From an uncultured candidatus Porisulfidus sp. (GTDB lineage Bacteria > Pseudomonadota > Gammaproteobacteria > Poriferisulfidales > Oxydemutatoraceae), in contig OZ244052.1 of assembly GCA_965215125.1 (NCBI GenBank), positions 224,001-288,000 on the forward strand: a stretch of 64,000 nucleotides of DNA. Reading direction: 5' to 3'. Positions 9,119 to 20,181 of this stretch are shown piece by piece. How positions within the stretch are numbered: the first letter of the stretch is position 1; every line of letters begins with the position of its first letter. The position numbers and the translations under genes were made by a program. The notes under the pieces are model-generated. The model was not told the DNA's origin and did not search any database. It was given only the letters and a program-made list of their open reading frames with translations.

Positions 9119-11168
9119 GATTATACCATTGAATTAGGGGGTATCAGGACAACTAGTGTTGCTGAACTAATGCTTGCTTGAGAGATTATACCATTGAATT
9201 AGGGGGTATCAGGACAACTTGCGGATAAAATTGTCTTCACAACTTGAAGATTATACCATTGAATTAGGGGGTATCAGGACAACTCGACCTCAATCGTAAC
9301 ATCAACACCATGCGATTATACCATTGAATTAGGGGGTATCAGGACAACTTCCAATATCGTACCTTGCGCTGCAGCTGCGATTATACCATTGAATTAGGGG
9401 GTATCAGGACAACTTGCTTCAATATAGCTATATAAGCATATGCGATTATACCATTGAATTAGGGGGTATCAGGACAACGAACAGCACCGACCGCCGGTCT
9501 AAATCTAGGATTATACCATTGAATTAGGGGGTATCAGGACAACGTGCATTGTGATGACCTTGTGAAAAAAAAGGATTATACCATTGAATTAGGGGGTATC
9601 AGGACAACTATTCTTTATCGTAGTTAGGCGGATATAATGATTATACCATTGAATTAGGGGGTATCAGGACAACTACAGTACAGTTGGCTGTATTAAATGA
9701 TTGGGATTATACCATTGAATTAGGGGGTATCAGGACAACTTTCGTGCCTATAAAGTGATATGGAATGAGGATTATACCATTGAATTAGGGGGTATCAGGA
9801 CAACGTAGGCGCCGTGCTTATTGGACGCGTTCCAGATTATACCATTGAATTAGGGGGTATCAGGACAACGTTTGGAAGTATGGTTTTGTTTATTTTAAGG
9901 ATTATACCATTGAATTAGGGGGTATCAGGACAACATATGGGTCCACTCGCCCCTTGCACATTCCGATTATACCATTGAATTAGGGGGTATCAGGACAACG
10001 GCGATAGTCTTTACTCTATTTTCGGTGCAGATTATACCATTGAATTAGGGGGTATCAGGACAACAATGGGACCGCCTGCAGATAAAGACGGTATGATTAT
10101 ACCATTGAATTAGGGGGTATCAGGACAACAATCTAAAATTATTTCCAATGTTTCACATGGATTATACCATTGAATTAGGGGGTATCAGGACAACTAATAA
10201 CGTCTCGATTCGTGATGTATATGCGATTATACCATTGAATTAGGGGGTATCAGGACAACAAACGGCTCCATGTCCCATAAAATTATAAGGATTATACCAT
10301 TGAATTAGGGGGTATCAGGACAACCAAGTTACGGTTACTAATCTATCTCAACATGATTATACCATTGAATTAGGGGGTATCAGGACAACGCGTGGGTCAT
10401 TATATATCTAAGGAGATTAGATTATACCATTGAATTAGGGGGTATCAGGACAACATGACCCCTATTCCGCCTTCCGCTGTTGCTGATTATACCATTGAAT
10501 TAGGGGGTATCAGGACAACTGCGGGCGCAAAGCCAGTATTTTAGACTCCGATTATACCATTGAATTAGGGGGTATCAGGACAACTAATAACGTCTCGATT
10601 CGTGATGTATATGCGATTATACCATTGAATTAGGGGGTATCAGGACAACTCGGCGGTACTGATCTCGGTTCATCGGTTTAGATTATACCATTGAATTAGG
10701 GGGTATCAGGACAACTTTCACTAATAAGCGTAATTTCAACGAGTTGATTATACCATTGAATTAGGGGGTATCAGGACAACGTTATCGGCGAGATATTCAT
10801 AACATTCGTCGATTATACCATTGAATTAGGGGGTATCAGGACAACATAACAATTATACATGGCGTTACAAGCAAAAGATTATACCATTGAATTAGGGGGT
10901 ATCAGGACAACTCGTCGACGACGGCAATTACATCAAGAGAAGATTATACCATTGAATTAGGGGGTATCAGGACAACTTCGTCTTATACCGCCACTTATAC
11001 CCGTTAGATTATACCATTGAATTAGGGGGTATCAGGACAACATCTATCGTAACATTTTCATGAATAGTGTCGATTATACCATTGAATTAGGGGGTATCAG
11101 GACAACTTGTTTCTCTTTCTGCATAAGCGCAAAAAATGATTATACCATTGAATTAGGGGGTATCAGGA
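9119..11168 (-). CRISPR. CRISPR array, distal segment (32 repeats, last one truncated)
   Basis: Same 35-bp repeat with 30-31-bp spacers; the final repeat stops at ...TATCAGGA where the second IS begins. Confidence 0.98.
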
Positions 11169-12399
11169 TGACGTTCTCCCCAAATTTAGTACCAATGTTA
11201 AAGTCAGTTTTTCCGATAAACTAGAGAAGTTAAAAACATTACAGGAGAACCTAACATGAAGAGAACCGCCGATTGAACCAGTGGGTCAATCGGCGTGACA
11301 CTGTGCAGAAACTTAATGTGGTCAAACGAAGCCGGCATGAAAGTAGTAGATATCTGTCGTGATCTAGGCATCGCCGAGAAAACATTTTATCGCTGGCGCA
11401 GAAAGTATAATGGCATGGAAGTATCGGAAGCCAGACGCCTGAAAGAGCCTGAAGCCGAGAACGGCAAGCTCAAGAAGCTATTGGCTGAATCGGTGATGAA
11501 GTGTGAAACACTAGAGGAGGTTTTATCAAAAAAGTGGTAAAGCCGGCGCAGCGCAAGCAGATTGTCAAAGATCTAGTGGGTGCGGGTCGGCATAGTGAAC
11601 GCACCGCTTGCGAGTTGATTGGTGTCAGTCGCAGTGCTTATCGCTATCAAGGCAAGCCAGCCGATAAAGATTGCCAACTGGAAGCCGCATTATCGGAGAA
11701 GGCAAAGCAGTATCCGCATTATGGCTATAAGATGCTGCATGCTCTACTAAAGTGCGAAGGCCGGGTCGTCAATGTGAAGCGCACCTATAGACTTTATAAG
11801 AAGCTCGGGCTTGGATTGAGAACCAAGAAGCACAACAAGCTGTGTCGTCCGCGTTGCGTGCCGACAACACCGACTAGAGTGAATGAGTGCTGGTCAATGG
11901 ACTTTGTGCATGACCAGCTCAGCGACGGCAGACGCTTTCGGGTATTGAACATAGTAGATAACTTCAGCCGTGAATGTGTCGGGCAGATTGTTGATGTTTC
12001 AATTACCGGCCAACGCGTAGCAAACTATCTATCCGAATTGATAGAACGGCTTGGTGCAAAGCCGACACGCATCGTCTGCGGCAATGGCACCGAGTTTAGA
12101 TGCAAGGCCATGTTCCACTGGAGCCGAGACCAGCAGGTGGAATTGGATTTTATTCAGCCCGGCAAACCGACCCAGAATACCTTTGTAGAAAGTTTCAACG
12201 GTAAGTTCCGAGACGGTTGCCTGAACCAGTTCTGGTTTCGTTGAATAAAATAAGCAAGAGAGACTATAGAAGCCTGGCGCATAGATTATAATGAAGTCCG
12301 TCCGCACAGCGCATTGGGGTATCAACCCCCGAGTGTATTTGCGGAGGCAATAGCATGAAAACTGACATTGCAAGTGGTCCTAAAAATGGGGTAACGTCA
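11169..12399 (+). mobile_element. Degenerate IS3-family element
   Basis: IRs tgacgttctccccaaatttagtacc / ggtcctaaaaatggggtaacgtca; no target duplication visible. Confidence 0.88.
11256..12360 (+). pseudogene. IS3 orfA/orfB transposase pseudogene
   Basis: orfA (RBS GGAG, ATG 11256) is interrupted by a family B element (11262-11315). orfB has CGNGTEF in place of catalytic CDNG and a premature stop at 12242-12244; degenerate HNEVRPHS-like coding sequence continues to about 12360. Confidence 0.85.
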
Positions 12400-12416
12400 T
12401 CAACAGCCCCACGACG

Positions 12417-12522
12417 CCACCCCGTCAGGCTACGCCTGCCACCCCTCCAAAGGAGGGAAATTAAATAGTGAAGGTTCGGCACAATGTCACGCCGATTGAC
12501 CTACCGGCTCAATCGGCGGTTC
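12417..12522 (-). repeat. Family A palindrome plus family B element overlapping the permease 3' end
   Basis: ccaccccgtcaggctacgcctgccacccctccaaaggaggg, then aaggttcggcacaatgtcacgccgattgacctaccggctcaatcggcggttc. Confidence 0.8.
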
Positions 12523-13215
12523 ATTCATCTGTAATAAATAAAAGAATACCGAAACGGCACCGGCGGCAAAAATCATACTCATAATGACGATTTGATAGCG
12601 GACTGCTATCAACGGAGAAACACCGGCAAGTATTTGCCCGGTCATCATTCCCGGCAAAGAGACTAAACCTACCGCAAAAAATAAATTGAGCGACGGTATC
12701 AGCGAGGTTTGCAGTGCGGTTTTACGCGCATCGACATAACCGACATTGTTTTTTATCTCAGTATCAAATCGTTCGGCGGCAAGGCTTACCGAATTCATTG
12801 CATTCGCATAAATCATACCGGCTAGCGGAATTAAATATTGCGGTGTCAACCAACGATCAAGTTCCAAAACAAATTCCAGCGTAAAAAATAAAATCAAGGT
12901 GCCGCTCAGTGCGATTGCCGATAAAGATTTAAGATACAGTCGGAAGTTTTTGTGCGCCAAAGGACGCAGAGAAATCCACGCCGACACCAGTATCATCACA
13001 CACAATACTACGATGAGAATAATGTCGTGCTCGGCGGCGAACAGATAATTCAATAGATAACCGACCAACATCAGTTGGAAAAGCATCCTGCCGAACGCGT
13101 ATAAAGTCGTGCGTATTCCTATAGACCACCAATAGAATATAATCACGCTGACCAGCATCGGAATAAAACTCAACGCCAAATTGAATAACGAGATATTAGG
13201 AATCGTATTGCTCAT
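12487..13215 (-). CDS. ABC transporter permease, FetB/UPF0014-like
   Basis: RMLFQLMLVGYLL, PQYLIPLAGMI, GLVSLPGMMTGQILAG.SP..AVRYQI motifs. Confidence 0.85.
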   Translation of the reverse strand: MSNTIPNISLFNLALSFIPMLVSVIIFYWWSIGIRTTLYAFGRMLFQLMLVGYLLNYLFAAEHDIILIVVLCVMILVSAWISLRPLAHKNFRLYLKSLSAIALSGTLILFFTLEFVLELDRWLTPQYLIPLAGMIYANAMNSVSLAAERFDTEIKNNVGYVDARKTALQTSLIPSLNLFFAVGLVSLPGMMTGQILAGVSPLIAVRYQIVIMSMIFAAGAVSVFFYLLQMNEPPIEPVGQSA

Positions 13216-13251
13216 GATAAGCTCCTTTTGAATTAATGAAATTTTGGATAT

Positions 13252-14127
13252 TTATCGTGCGACTAGATCGCCGATCCATCGCCAGTAGTTTTCGCCGGCG
13301 CGGCGACTGATGCCGTGGTGCCCGACACCGTGTACCGTCCGAAATACTTTGTCGTCTATCGGATATTGTCGGTATAAATCGTATCCGTGTTCGAATGGAA
13401 TGATGTTATCCTCGGTACCGTGTATAACAAGCAACGGCATAGTCAAATTACGAACTTTAGATGCCGAGTCAAAAGGATTGTTCAACCCCGGAACCCAACC
13501 CAAGCCTTTGTCTTCCGCCATTCTTAAGCCACTATAAAACGGGGAAACTAAAATCAAGCCGCCGTAATCATTATCGGATACCAAGCTGTCCAAAGCCCCT
13601 ATAGCCACCGCACTCCCCAAGGATCGCCCGAAGATATAAGTCTGCGTAGTCGCAAAACCCAACTGTTCGGATGTGTATTTTAATGTAGCAATCGCATCTT
13701 CATAAACACCCGCCTCGGAAGGTTCTCCGCTACTTTTACTATAGCCTCTATAACTCACGATAAAAACATTGGCAAGTTCGGCTAATTTTAAGCTGTGCGA
13801 CAAACGCCAATAAATATGCGCGCCGTTGCCGTGGAAATAGACGATGAGTTTCCGTGTATTAGGATTAGGAAAAAATAATGCGTGCAATCTGACCTCGGGG
13901 TCGAGTGACTGAAAAAATAATTCCTCAAATTCGGTATCCTCACAATTTCGGTCTGCGACCCGATTAAAATATCGGCACACCGATACGTCGTCCGCTAGCT
14001 GCCTCGCCGGCGCAAATGCAATCGCCTCAAAAATGCTATCTCCACAACCCGATAACGGTAATACGGACAACATAAAAAGAGAAACGAGTATTATCTTGGA
14101 TACTATTGCCTTTACTTGAATTTGCAT
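13252..14127 (-). CDS. Alpha/beta hydrolase, probable lipoprotein
   Basis: YFHGNG, SYRGY, GRSLG nucleophile elbow, IHGTED, GVGHH; lipobox LSGC. Confidence 0.85.
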   Translation of the reverse strand: MQIQVKAIVSKIILVSLFMLSVLPLSGCGDSIFEAIAFAPARQLADDVSVCRYFNRVADRNCEDTEFEELFFQSLDPEVRLHALFFPNPNTRKLIVYFHGNGAHIYWRLSHSLKLAELANVFIVSYRGYSKSSGEPSEAGVYEDAIATLKYTSEQLGFATTQTYIFGRSLGSAVAIGALDSLVSDNDYGGLILVSPFYSGLRMAEDKGLGWVPGLNNPFDSASKVRNLTMPLLVIHGTEDNIIPFEHGYDLYRQYPIDDKVFRTVHGVGHHGISRRAGENYWRWIGDLVAR

Positions 14128-14414
14128 ATTTTCAATATTCCTTCGGGCATATTATAGCCTGTTGCCGGTTCTAGCAGAGCACGCGACATCTTATATGTTC
14201 ATCTATTTAATTTATGGAAACCAAAACCATGTGGCGCAAGCGGTTAGTTTGTGCAGATACGACGCAACTGACCTACACAACCACGCCAGGACTCTGCACA
14301 ACGTGAGGTTGATTGACCTACCGGCTCAATCGGCGGTTCCCCTTGTGTTTTTCCTTTATTATTGATATGCTTTATATCAAATTTTTGATAAACCTAAAGA
14401 CAAAAGAAAATCTT

Positions 14415-14720
14415 ATGAAATTATTTATTAGTACATTACTATTAGCACTTACGATAGCCTTGTCCGCTTGTGTCAGCGAAGAGGGTGCTCGCAAACACGC
14501 TGCAAAAGGACATGCAGATGACTCAAAAGTCGGCATGATGTCGGGAATGATGTGGAAAGCATTTGTCTACAACACAAATGCAAAAGAACAGATGGAGTTG
14601 GGGCATTTTGAGTCGCGTGACGAATGCCACGAAGCAGTGCAAGCACATATGGCCGGACACGAGCAACCTAAGAAAGGACATCTTGCCTCGGCTTGCGTAG
14701 TCGTAAAGGCCGATAACTAA
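14415..14720 (+). CDS. Hypothetical lipoprotein
   Basis: MKLFISTLLLALTIALSAC lipobox; start reassigned to ATG 14415. Confidence 0.65.
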   Translation: MKLFISTLLLALTIALSACVSEEGARKHAAKGHADDSKVGMMSGMMWKAFVYNTNAKEQMELGHFESRDECHEAVQAHMAGHEQPKKGHLASACVVVKADN

Positions 14721-14755
14721 AAGTTTTAGCTATTTTATAACTTGACACAAGCGAG

Positions 14756-15637
14756 TTACGCTTTGTGTGCTTGCTCGCTTACGATCTTAGCCATTGCCGA
14801 CGAATCAAGATCGGCATCGCCGCGTTCTACCAACGACCGCAGACAAGCGTACGCCCGTTTGAGGCCTTCTAAATCTATGCCTTTGCCGTCTACCGATTGG
14901 CAAGCAATTCTCAAGTCTTTGCAGTGCAAGCCTGCCTTAAACCCCGGTTTATAATCGTCGGAAAGCATACGCTGACCATGCACCTCAAGTATTTTGCTGT
15001 TCGCAAAACCACCCAGCAATGCTTTGCGTACTTGTCCCGCATCGACGCCTGCCGCTTTAGCAAACTCTATCGCCTCGGCGGTTGCCATAATGGTTTGTGC
15101 CACTAATAACTGGTTGCACGCTTTGGCAACTTGCCCTGCCCCGTGTTCACCGATACGGACGATATTGTCTCCGATGATTTGAAACACCGGTAAAACCCGA
15201 TTGAATATTGCTTCCTTACCACCAACCATGATCGACAACTTACCTTCTATCGCACCCTGCTCCCCACCCGAGACAGGCGCATCCAACATCTCAATGCCTC
15301 GCGTCGAGAGTACACTCGCAATCTCCCGCGTAACTTCGGGAGAGATAGTACTCATATCAACTATGACATCGCCGCGTGCCGCGCCGTCGGCAAAACCATG
15401 CTTGCCTAATATCACTTGTTCTACATCGGGTGTGTCCGACACCATAGAAAAACAAAGGCTTGCCTCCATAGCCGCACTCGCCGGTGTATCGCATAAAATA
15501 GCACCTTGTTCTATTAAAGGTTTGGCAACTTCAGGGCGGCGTGCGAAAATGGACACCGGATATCCGGCGGACAGCAATCTCCGGACTAGAGGCCGTCCCA
15601 TAATGCCGATACCGACAAAAGCAATTTTTTCGGACAT
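14756..15637 (-). CDS. NAD(P)-dependent beta-hydroxyacid dehydrogenase (2-hydroxy-3-oxopropionate reductase family)
   Basis: GIGIMG Rossmann motif, DMSTISP, LDAPVSGG, AKACNQ. Confidence 0.9.
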   Translation of the reverse strand: MSEKIAFVGIGIMGRPLVRRLLSAGYPVSIFARRPEVAKPLIEQGAILCDTPASAAMEASLCFSMVSDTPDVEQVILGKHGFADGAARGDVIVDMSTISPEVTREIASVLSTRGIEMLDAPVSGGEQGAIEGKLSIMVGGKEAIFNRVLPVFQIIGDNIVRIGEHGAGQVAKACNQLLVAQTIMATAEAIEFAKAAGVDAGQVRKALLGGFANSKILEVHGQRMLSDDYKPGFKAGLHCKDLRIACQSVDGKGIDLEGLKRAYACLRSLVERGDADLDSSAMAKIVSEQAHKA

Positions 15638-15671
15638 TTCTTAAATATGCAAATCTTTTATTGATTGTAAG

Positions 15672-16697
15672 ATGAAAACTTATTTTAACCAATTAGGCGG
15701 ATTATTAGAAAAAAAATTAGATTGTTTTTATCTAATATCCGGCGAAGAACCACTGCAACTGATGGAAGCCGGCGATCTCATCAGGTCGGTAGCAAAAAAA
15801 CAGGCCTATGAACAACGGCATCTATTTTTCGTAGACAGCGGTTTTGATTGGCAAAGTGTGGCACAACAAGCCGACAATCTCTCGTTGTTTTCACAACGGC
15901 GTATTATAGACATTCGCCTCGGTGCTACTAAATTGACCGGCAAAGGAAACGATTTTTTCAAGCGTGTGCTTGAAGCACCCCCGTCGGATGTGCTGTTTAT
16001 AGTGCAGGCATCCAAAGTAGACGGGCGTTCGGCTTGGGTAAAGCGGGTTAGCGAAAAAGCCGTGTGGATACAAGTCTATTCAAAGAACTATAGCGAAACT
16101 AAAAGCTGGTTGATAGAGAGGATGCTACGCAATAATCTCAATGCCGAAGACGGTGTCGTCGAGATTATTGCGCAACGCTCGGAAGGCAATTTGCTATCGG
16201 CAGCTCAAGAAATAGAAAAGCTGAAGCTGAATTACGAAAACAAAACGATTAGTCTGCAACAAGCCGAACAAGTCATCGGCGACAGCGCGCACTACAGTGT
16301 CTACGAACTTGCCGATGCCGCAGTATGCGGCGATGCCGAACGCGCATTGAGAATTCTCAATAGTCTACAAAGCGAAGCGGCACCCGAGCAGTTAATTTTG
16401 TGGTCGCTGGCAAATAATATACGCACCTTGATTAAAATGGAATATCGTATCGCTACGGGTGAATCTCCGCCGGTGGTAATCAATACCGTATGGAAAAGCA
16501 AGCAAGCAACATTCCGCAAGGCACTGCAAAGGAAATTAAGCAGCCGCTGGTTGGAGATGCTATACGCCTGCTACGATACAGATCTGGCGATTAAAGGACA
16601 ATCTTTGGAAGATAGTCGGCAACAATTACATCGCTTGGTGTTGACTATTTGTGGGGTACCCGTATTGGAGGAAAAACCAAATAGCCGTATACTATGA
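15672..16697 (+). CDS. holA: DNA polymerase III delta subunit
   Basis: [32 protein letters not shown]; position next to proA-nadD. Confidence 0.9.
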   Translation: MKTYFNQLGGLLEKKLDCFYLISGEEPLQLMEAGDLIRSVAKKQAYEQRHLFFVDSGFDWQSVAQQADNLSLFSQRRIIDIRLGATKLTGKGNDFFKRVLEAPPSDVLFIVQASKVDGRSAWVKRVSEKAVWIQVYSKNYSETKSWLIERMLRNNLNAEDGVVEIIAQRSEGNLLSAAQEIEKLKLNYENKTISLQQAEQVIGDSAHYSVYELADAAVCGDAERALRILNSLQSEAAPEQLILWSLANNIRTLIKMEYRIATGESPPVVINTVWKSKQATFRKALQRKLSSRWLEMLYACYDTDLAIKGQSLEDSRQQLHRLVLTICGVPVLEEKPNSRIL

Positions 16698-16704
16698 GGG
16701 TGTT

Positions 16705-17976
16705 ATGAACGACCCACTATCTAAAAACACCGATTCTATTGCCGAGATCGGCAAACGCGTTAAAGCAAGCGCACCGTTCATTGCGAATGCCGATACTCGG
16801 ACAAAAAACCGAGTGCTTTCGGCAACCGCAGAAATTCTAATCTCAAAGCGCAACACCTTGATTGCAGAAAACAGCAAGGATTTGGAAGCTGCACGCGAAC
16901 GCAAAATCGGTGCCGCATTGATCGACCGTTTGGAACTCAACGCTGCGCGTATCGAGGCAATGGTAGAAGGCTTGAATCAGATAGCGAGCTTGGACGATCC
17001 GATCGGTGAGATCTCGGATTTATGCACGCGCCCGTCGGGCATACGCGTGGGACGTATGCGGGTGCCTTTAGGTGTCATCGGTATCATTTACGAGTCGCGA
17101 CCGAATGTAACGATAGACGCGGCAGCCCTGTGTATTAAATCCGGCAACGCCGCCCTATTGCGCGGCGGTTCCGAAGCGATACACTCTAATATCGCCATTG
17201 CACAGTGTCTATCCGAAGGCTTGCAAAAAGCCGGGCTTCCGGTAGACTGCGTGCAACTGATTCAAAAGCCGGGGCGCGAAACGGTGGGCGAAATGCTAAA
17301 GCTCGGTGATTGCTTGGACCTAATCATCCCGCGCGGCGGCAAAGCACTGATTGAGCATATTTGCCGAAACTCATCTATTCCGATTATCAAACATCTGCAC
17401 GGGGTCTGCCATGTTTATGTCGACGACGGTGCCGATTTAGAACAAGCATTCGCTATTGCGGTGAATGCCAAAACGCAACGATTCGGTGTCTGCAATGCGA
17501 TGGAAACCTTACTCGTTGCACAATCGGTAGCCGAGGCATTTTTACCGCGCTATGCACGCGAGATGGAAACACACCAAGTTGAAATGCGGGGTTGCGAGCA
17601 AAGTTGTGCCATTCTACCCGACATAAAGCGCGCCGGCGAAGCGGATTGGGGTGAGGAATATCTGGCACCTATACTTGCAGTTAAAGTCGTCTCGGATATA
17701 GAGGCGGCGATCGCACATATCAAACAATACGGTTCTCATCACACCGACGCTATCGTCAGCCGCGATTACACCCGCACGATGCGCTTTATTCGTGAAGTCG
17801 ATTCCAGTTCGGTGATGGTCAACGCCTCCACCCGCTTTGCCGACGGTTATGAATACGGACTGGGTGCCGAAATCGGTATCAGCACCGATCGCCTGCATGT
17901 ACGCGGACCGGTCGGGCTACAAGGATTGACGATACAAAAATATATCGTATTCGGGAACGGTCATATACGTGAATGA
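16705..17976 (+). CDS. proA: Glutamate-5-semialdehyde dehydrogenase
   Basis: [45 protein letters not shown]; start reassigned to ATG 16705. Confidence 0.96.
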   Translation: MNDPLSKNTDSIAEIGKRVKASAPFIANADTRTKNRVLSATAEILISKRNTLIAENSKDLEAARERKIGAALIDRLELNAARIEAMVEGLNQIASLDDPIGEISDLCTRPSGIRVGRMRVPLGVIGIIYESRPNVTIDAAALCIKSGNAALLRGGSEAIHSNIAIAQCLSEGLQKAGLPVDCVQLIQKPGRETVGEMLKLGDCLDLIIPRGGKALIEHICRNSSIPIIKHLHGVCHVYVDDGADLEQAFAIAVNAKTQRFGVCNAMETLLVAQSVAEAFLPRYAREMETHQVEMRGCEQSCAILPDIKRAGEADWGEEYLAPILAVKVVSDIEAAIAHIKQYGSHHTDAIVSRDYTRTMRFIREVDSSSVMVNASTRFADGYEYGLGAEIGISTDRLHVRGPVGLQGLTIQKYIVFGNGHIRE

Positions 17977-18616
17977 GCAAACTCGCATTACGGCAATCTA
18001 CGGCGGTGCTTTTGACCCCGTTCACTTGGGACACATTAAAATCGCTCTGCACATCCTCGCCCAACCCGAAATCTCCCAACTTCGCCTACTACCGTGCTAT
18101 CTGCATCCGGATAAAAACGAACCCTATGCAACATCGGTACACCGCTACAATATGTTAAAACTCATCGCTAAAGACTCCTTAACCGTAGATCATTGCGAGC
18201 TGGAACGTCGAGGCGTTTCTTACACCATTGATACGGTAAAACATCTGCGCGCAACACTGGGAGCCGAGATGCCGCTGGCATTGGTACTCGGACTGGACAC
18301 TTATGTAACGATAAACAGCTGGCAAAGTGCCAAACAATTACCCTCGTTGCTACATTTGATAGTCGTCGCCCGTCCTAAAGCGAAGTTTGAGAACAGCAAT
18401 CGTAATAAAAGTTGGCAGCCGGTTGATACATTACAAGAAATGACACGCCATACGGCAGGTACGGTTCACTTCATGTCCGAGCCGTTAATAGACATATCCT
18501 CAAGCCAAATCAGAACGATGATCGCACAGGGCATACAACCTCGCTATCAATTACCGGGAGTAGTGTGGAGCTATATCAAAAGAAACCGACTGTACGATTA
18601 CAAAGAGTCGGCATGA
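17969..18616 (+). CDS. nadD: Nicotinate-nucleotide adenylyltransferase
   Basis: [24 protein letters not shown]. Confidence 0.93.
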   Translation: MNEQTRITAIYGGAFDPVHLGHIKIALHILAQPEISQLRLLPCYLHPDKNEPYATSVHRYNMLKLIAKDSLTVDHCELERRGVSYTIDTVKHLRATLGAEMPLALVLGLDTYVTINSWQSAKQLPSLLHLIVVARPKAKFENSNRNKSWQPVDTLQEMTRHTAGTVHFMSEPLIDISSSQIRTMIAQGIQPRYQLPGVVWSYIKRNRLYDYKESA

Positions 18617-18972
18617 CATCCGAAGCACTAAAACAACTCGTGATAACCCAGCTCGAAGCCTTGAAGGCGCAAGACATCGTCGCCTTGGATATAAGCAACA
18701 AAACAACCGTCGCAGATTTTTTTATCATCGCCGGCGGCACCTCCACACGACACCGCCAAGCAACCGCCGAGCGTGTTATCGAAGCAAGCAAACTAAACGG
18801 TGTCAAAGTGCTGGGTTGCGAAGGTTTTGACGCCGCCGATTGGATATTAATAGACCTAGGCGATGTCGTACTACATATAATGAAACAAGCGGCACGCACG
18901 CGCTACGATTTGGAAAGTTTGTGGCAAGATACCGACACGCAAGCGCAGACACCGCATGCCGACACACATTAA
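18613..18972 (+). CDS. rsfS: Ribosome silencing factor
   Basis: KAQDIVALD, WILIDLGDVVLHIM, RYDLESLW; start at ATG 18613. Confidence 0.92.
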   Translation: MTSEALKQLVITQLEALKAQDIVALDISNKTTVADFFIIAGGTSTRHRQATAERVIEASKLNGVKVLGCEGFDAADWILIDLGDVVLHIMKQAARTRYDLESLWQDTDTQAQTPHADTH

Positions 18973-19429
18973 AATACTCGCAGTGGGTCGGCGCATGCCG
19001 TCGTGGGTCAGCGACGGAATTGCAGACTACCAAAAACGCATGCACGATATACGCATAGAGATACTGGAAATACCGCAAGTCAAACGTACGGCATCTCACC
19101 CCTCCGCTAACGCCATGCAACAGGAGTGTGCAAAACTACTTTCGGCAACACCGACGGATGCCTATCTCGTTGCGCTCGATCAATCGGGATTACCGCTCAG
19201 CAGCGAACAACTCGCCACACAACTCAAACAGTGGATGCAAAACCATCAAGCGGTTGCTTTTATGATCGGCGGCAGCGACGGTTTGGATAATCGCTGCAAA
19301 AAAGCAAGCCGCGCGATGTGGTCTTTATCCAATATGACACTCCCCCATGCATTGGCTCGGTTGATGTTAGTGGAGCAACTCTATAGAGCGTGGACAATCC
19401 TTAAAGATCATCCCTACCATCGTAGTTAG
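18956..19429 (+). CDS. rlmH: 23S rRNA pseudouridine-1915 N3-methyltransferase
   Basis: AVGRRMPSWV, FMIGGSDGL, SLSNMTLPH, EQLYRAWTIL..HPYHR. Confidence 0.95.
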   Translation: MPTHIKILAVGRRMPSWVSDGIADYQKRMHDIRIEILEIPQVKRTASHPSANAMQQECAKLLSATPTDAYLVALDQSGLPLSSEQLATQLKQWMQNHQAVAFMIGGSDGLDNRCKKASRAMWSLSNMTLPHALARLMLVEQLYRAWTILKDHPYHRS

Positions 19430-19445
19430 AGACTAATGGGCACTA

Positions 19446-19580
19446 TTCCCCTCCTATGGAGGGGTGGCCTATGCATTTTGCAATGCATGCGTTTAGCAGT
19501 TATGTTGAGGTTCTGAACAAAGTCACGCCGATTGACCTACCGGTTCAATCGGCGGTTCTATTCAGCCTGACAGGGTGATT
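19446..19580 (+). repeat. Composite A+B repeat (about 135 bp)
   Basis: Near-identical to 45803-45936 and to the reverse complement of 60441-60574. Confidence 0.85.
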
Positions 19581-19745
19581 ATCATAATTATATAGCTCAT
19601 AGCAGCTGAGTTTTTGCAGTGCCGGTACTTTCTCAACAGCTCCACATTGCTACTTGAGGTTGTCATATACAGTATTTTACCAGTACACCGGATTACCAAT
19701 TATGCTACAATAAAGCTGTCAGTAGAAAACTCAGGAGAAATTAAG

Positions 19746-20024
19746 ATGAACACACACTTGAATGCGGCCCACCACCAGCAGGAAGTGACAAACAACAACA
19801 ATAATAGTTTTATTGATATATTGGCGGTGCTGTTAATCGGAGGTGTTGGCATGTTTATTGCCTTACTTGGCTTATATTTTGATAATCTTCCATTCTTGAT
19901 AGTAGGATATATAATCGCAATCGCTTCTGCTTGGTCTGCTATATCTAAAGCTGGAAAGTCTACTATTGAGTTTATGAGGGAATATCGGAATTATAAAGCT
20001 GAGAAAAAGAACAAAGATCAATAG
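19746..20024 (+). CDS. Small hypothetical membrane protein
   Basis: RBS AGGAG then ATG 19746; two hydrophobic segments. Confidence 0.55.
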   Translation: MNTHLNAAHHQQEVTNNNNNSFIDILAVLLIGGVGMFIALLGLYFDNLPFLIVGYIIAIASAWSAISKAGKSTIEFMREYRNYKAEKKNKDQ

Positions 20025-20181
20025 TGACGTTAATCCATTTGACGTTCCCCCATTTTTAGGATTACCCGCAAAGTTGGTATTCATGTTACTACTCTCACAG
20101 ATATATCAGTGATTGATACCCTGATACGATAGTTCACCAGGCAATGGTTATCGCACTGGCAGGCGAAGGCGAACATAGATT

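Noticed and set aside
6753-11168. Self-targeting spacers within the window
   Set aside because: None seen by eye; an exhaustive alignment was not possible, so this is unconfirmed.
11262-11315. Family B as a group II intron domain V remnant or an integron attC site
   Set aside because: It begins GAACCGCCG like class C domain V but lacks the GNRA loop, the bulge and domain VI. There are no RYYYAAC/GTTRRRY boxes and no RT or intI in the window.
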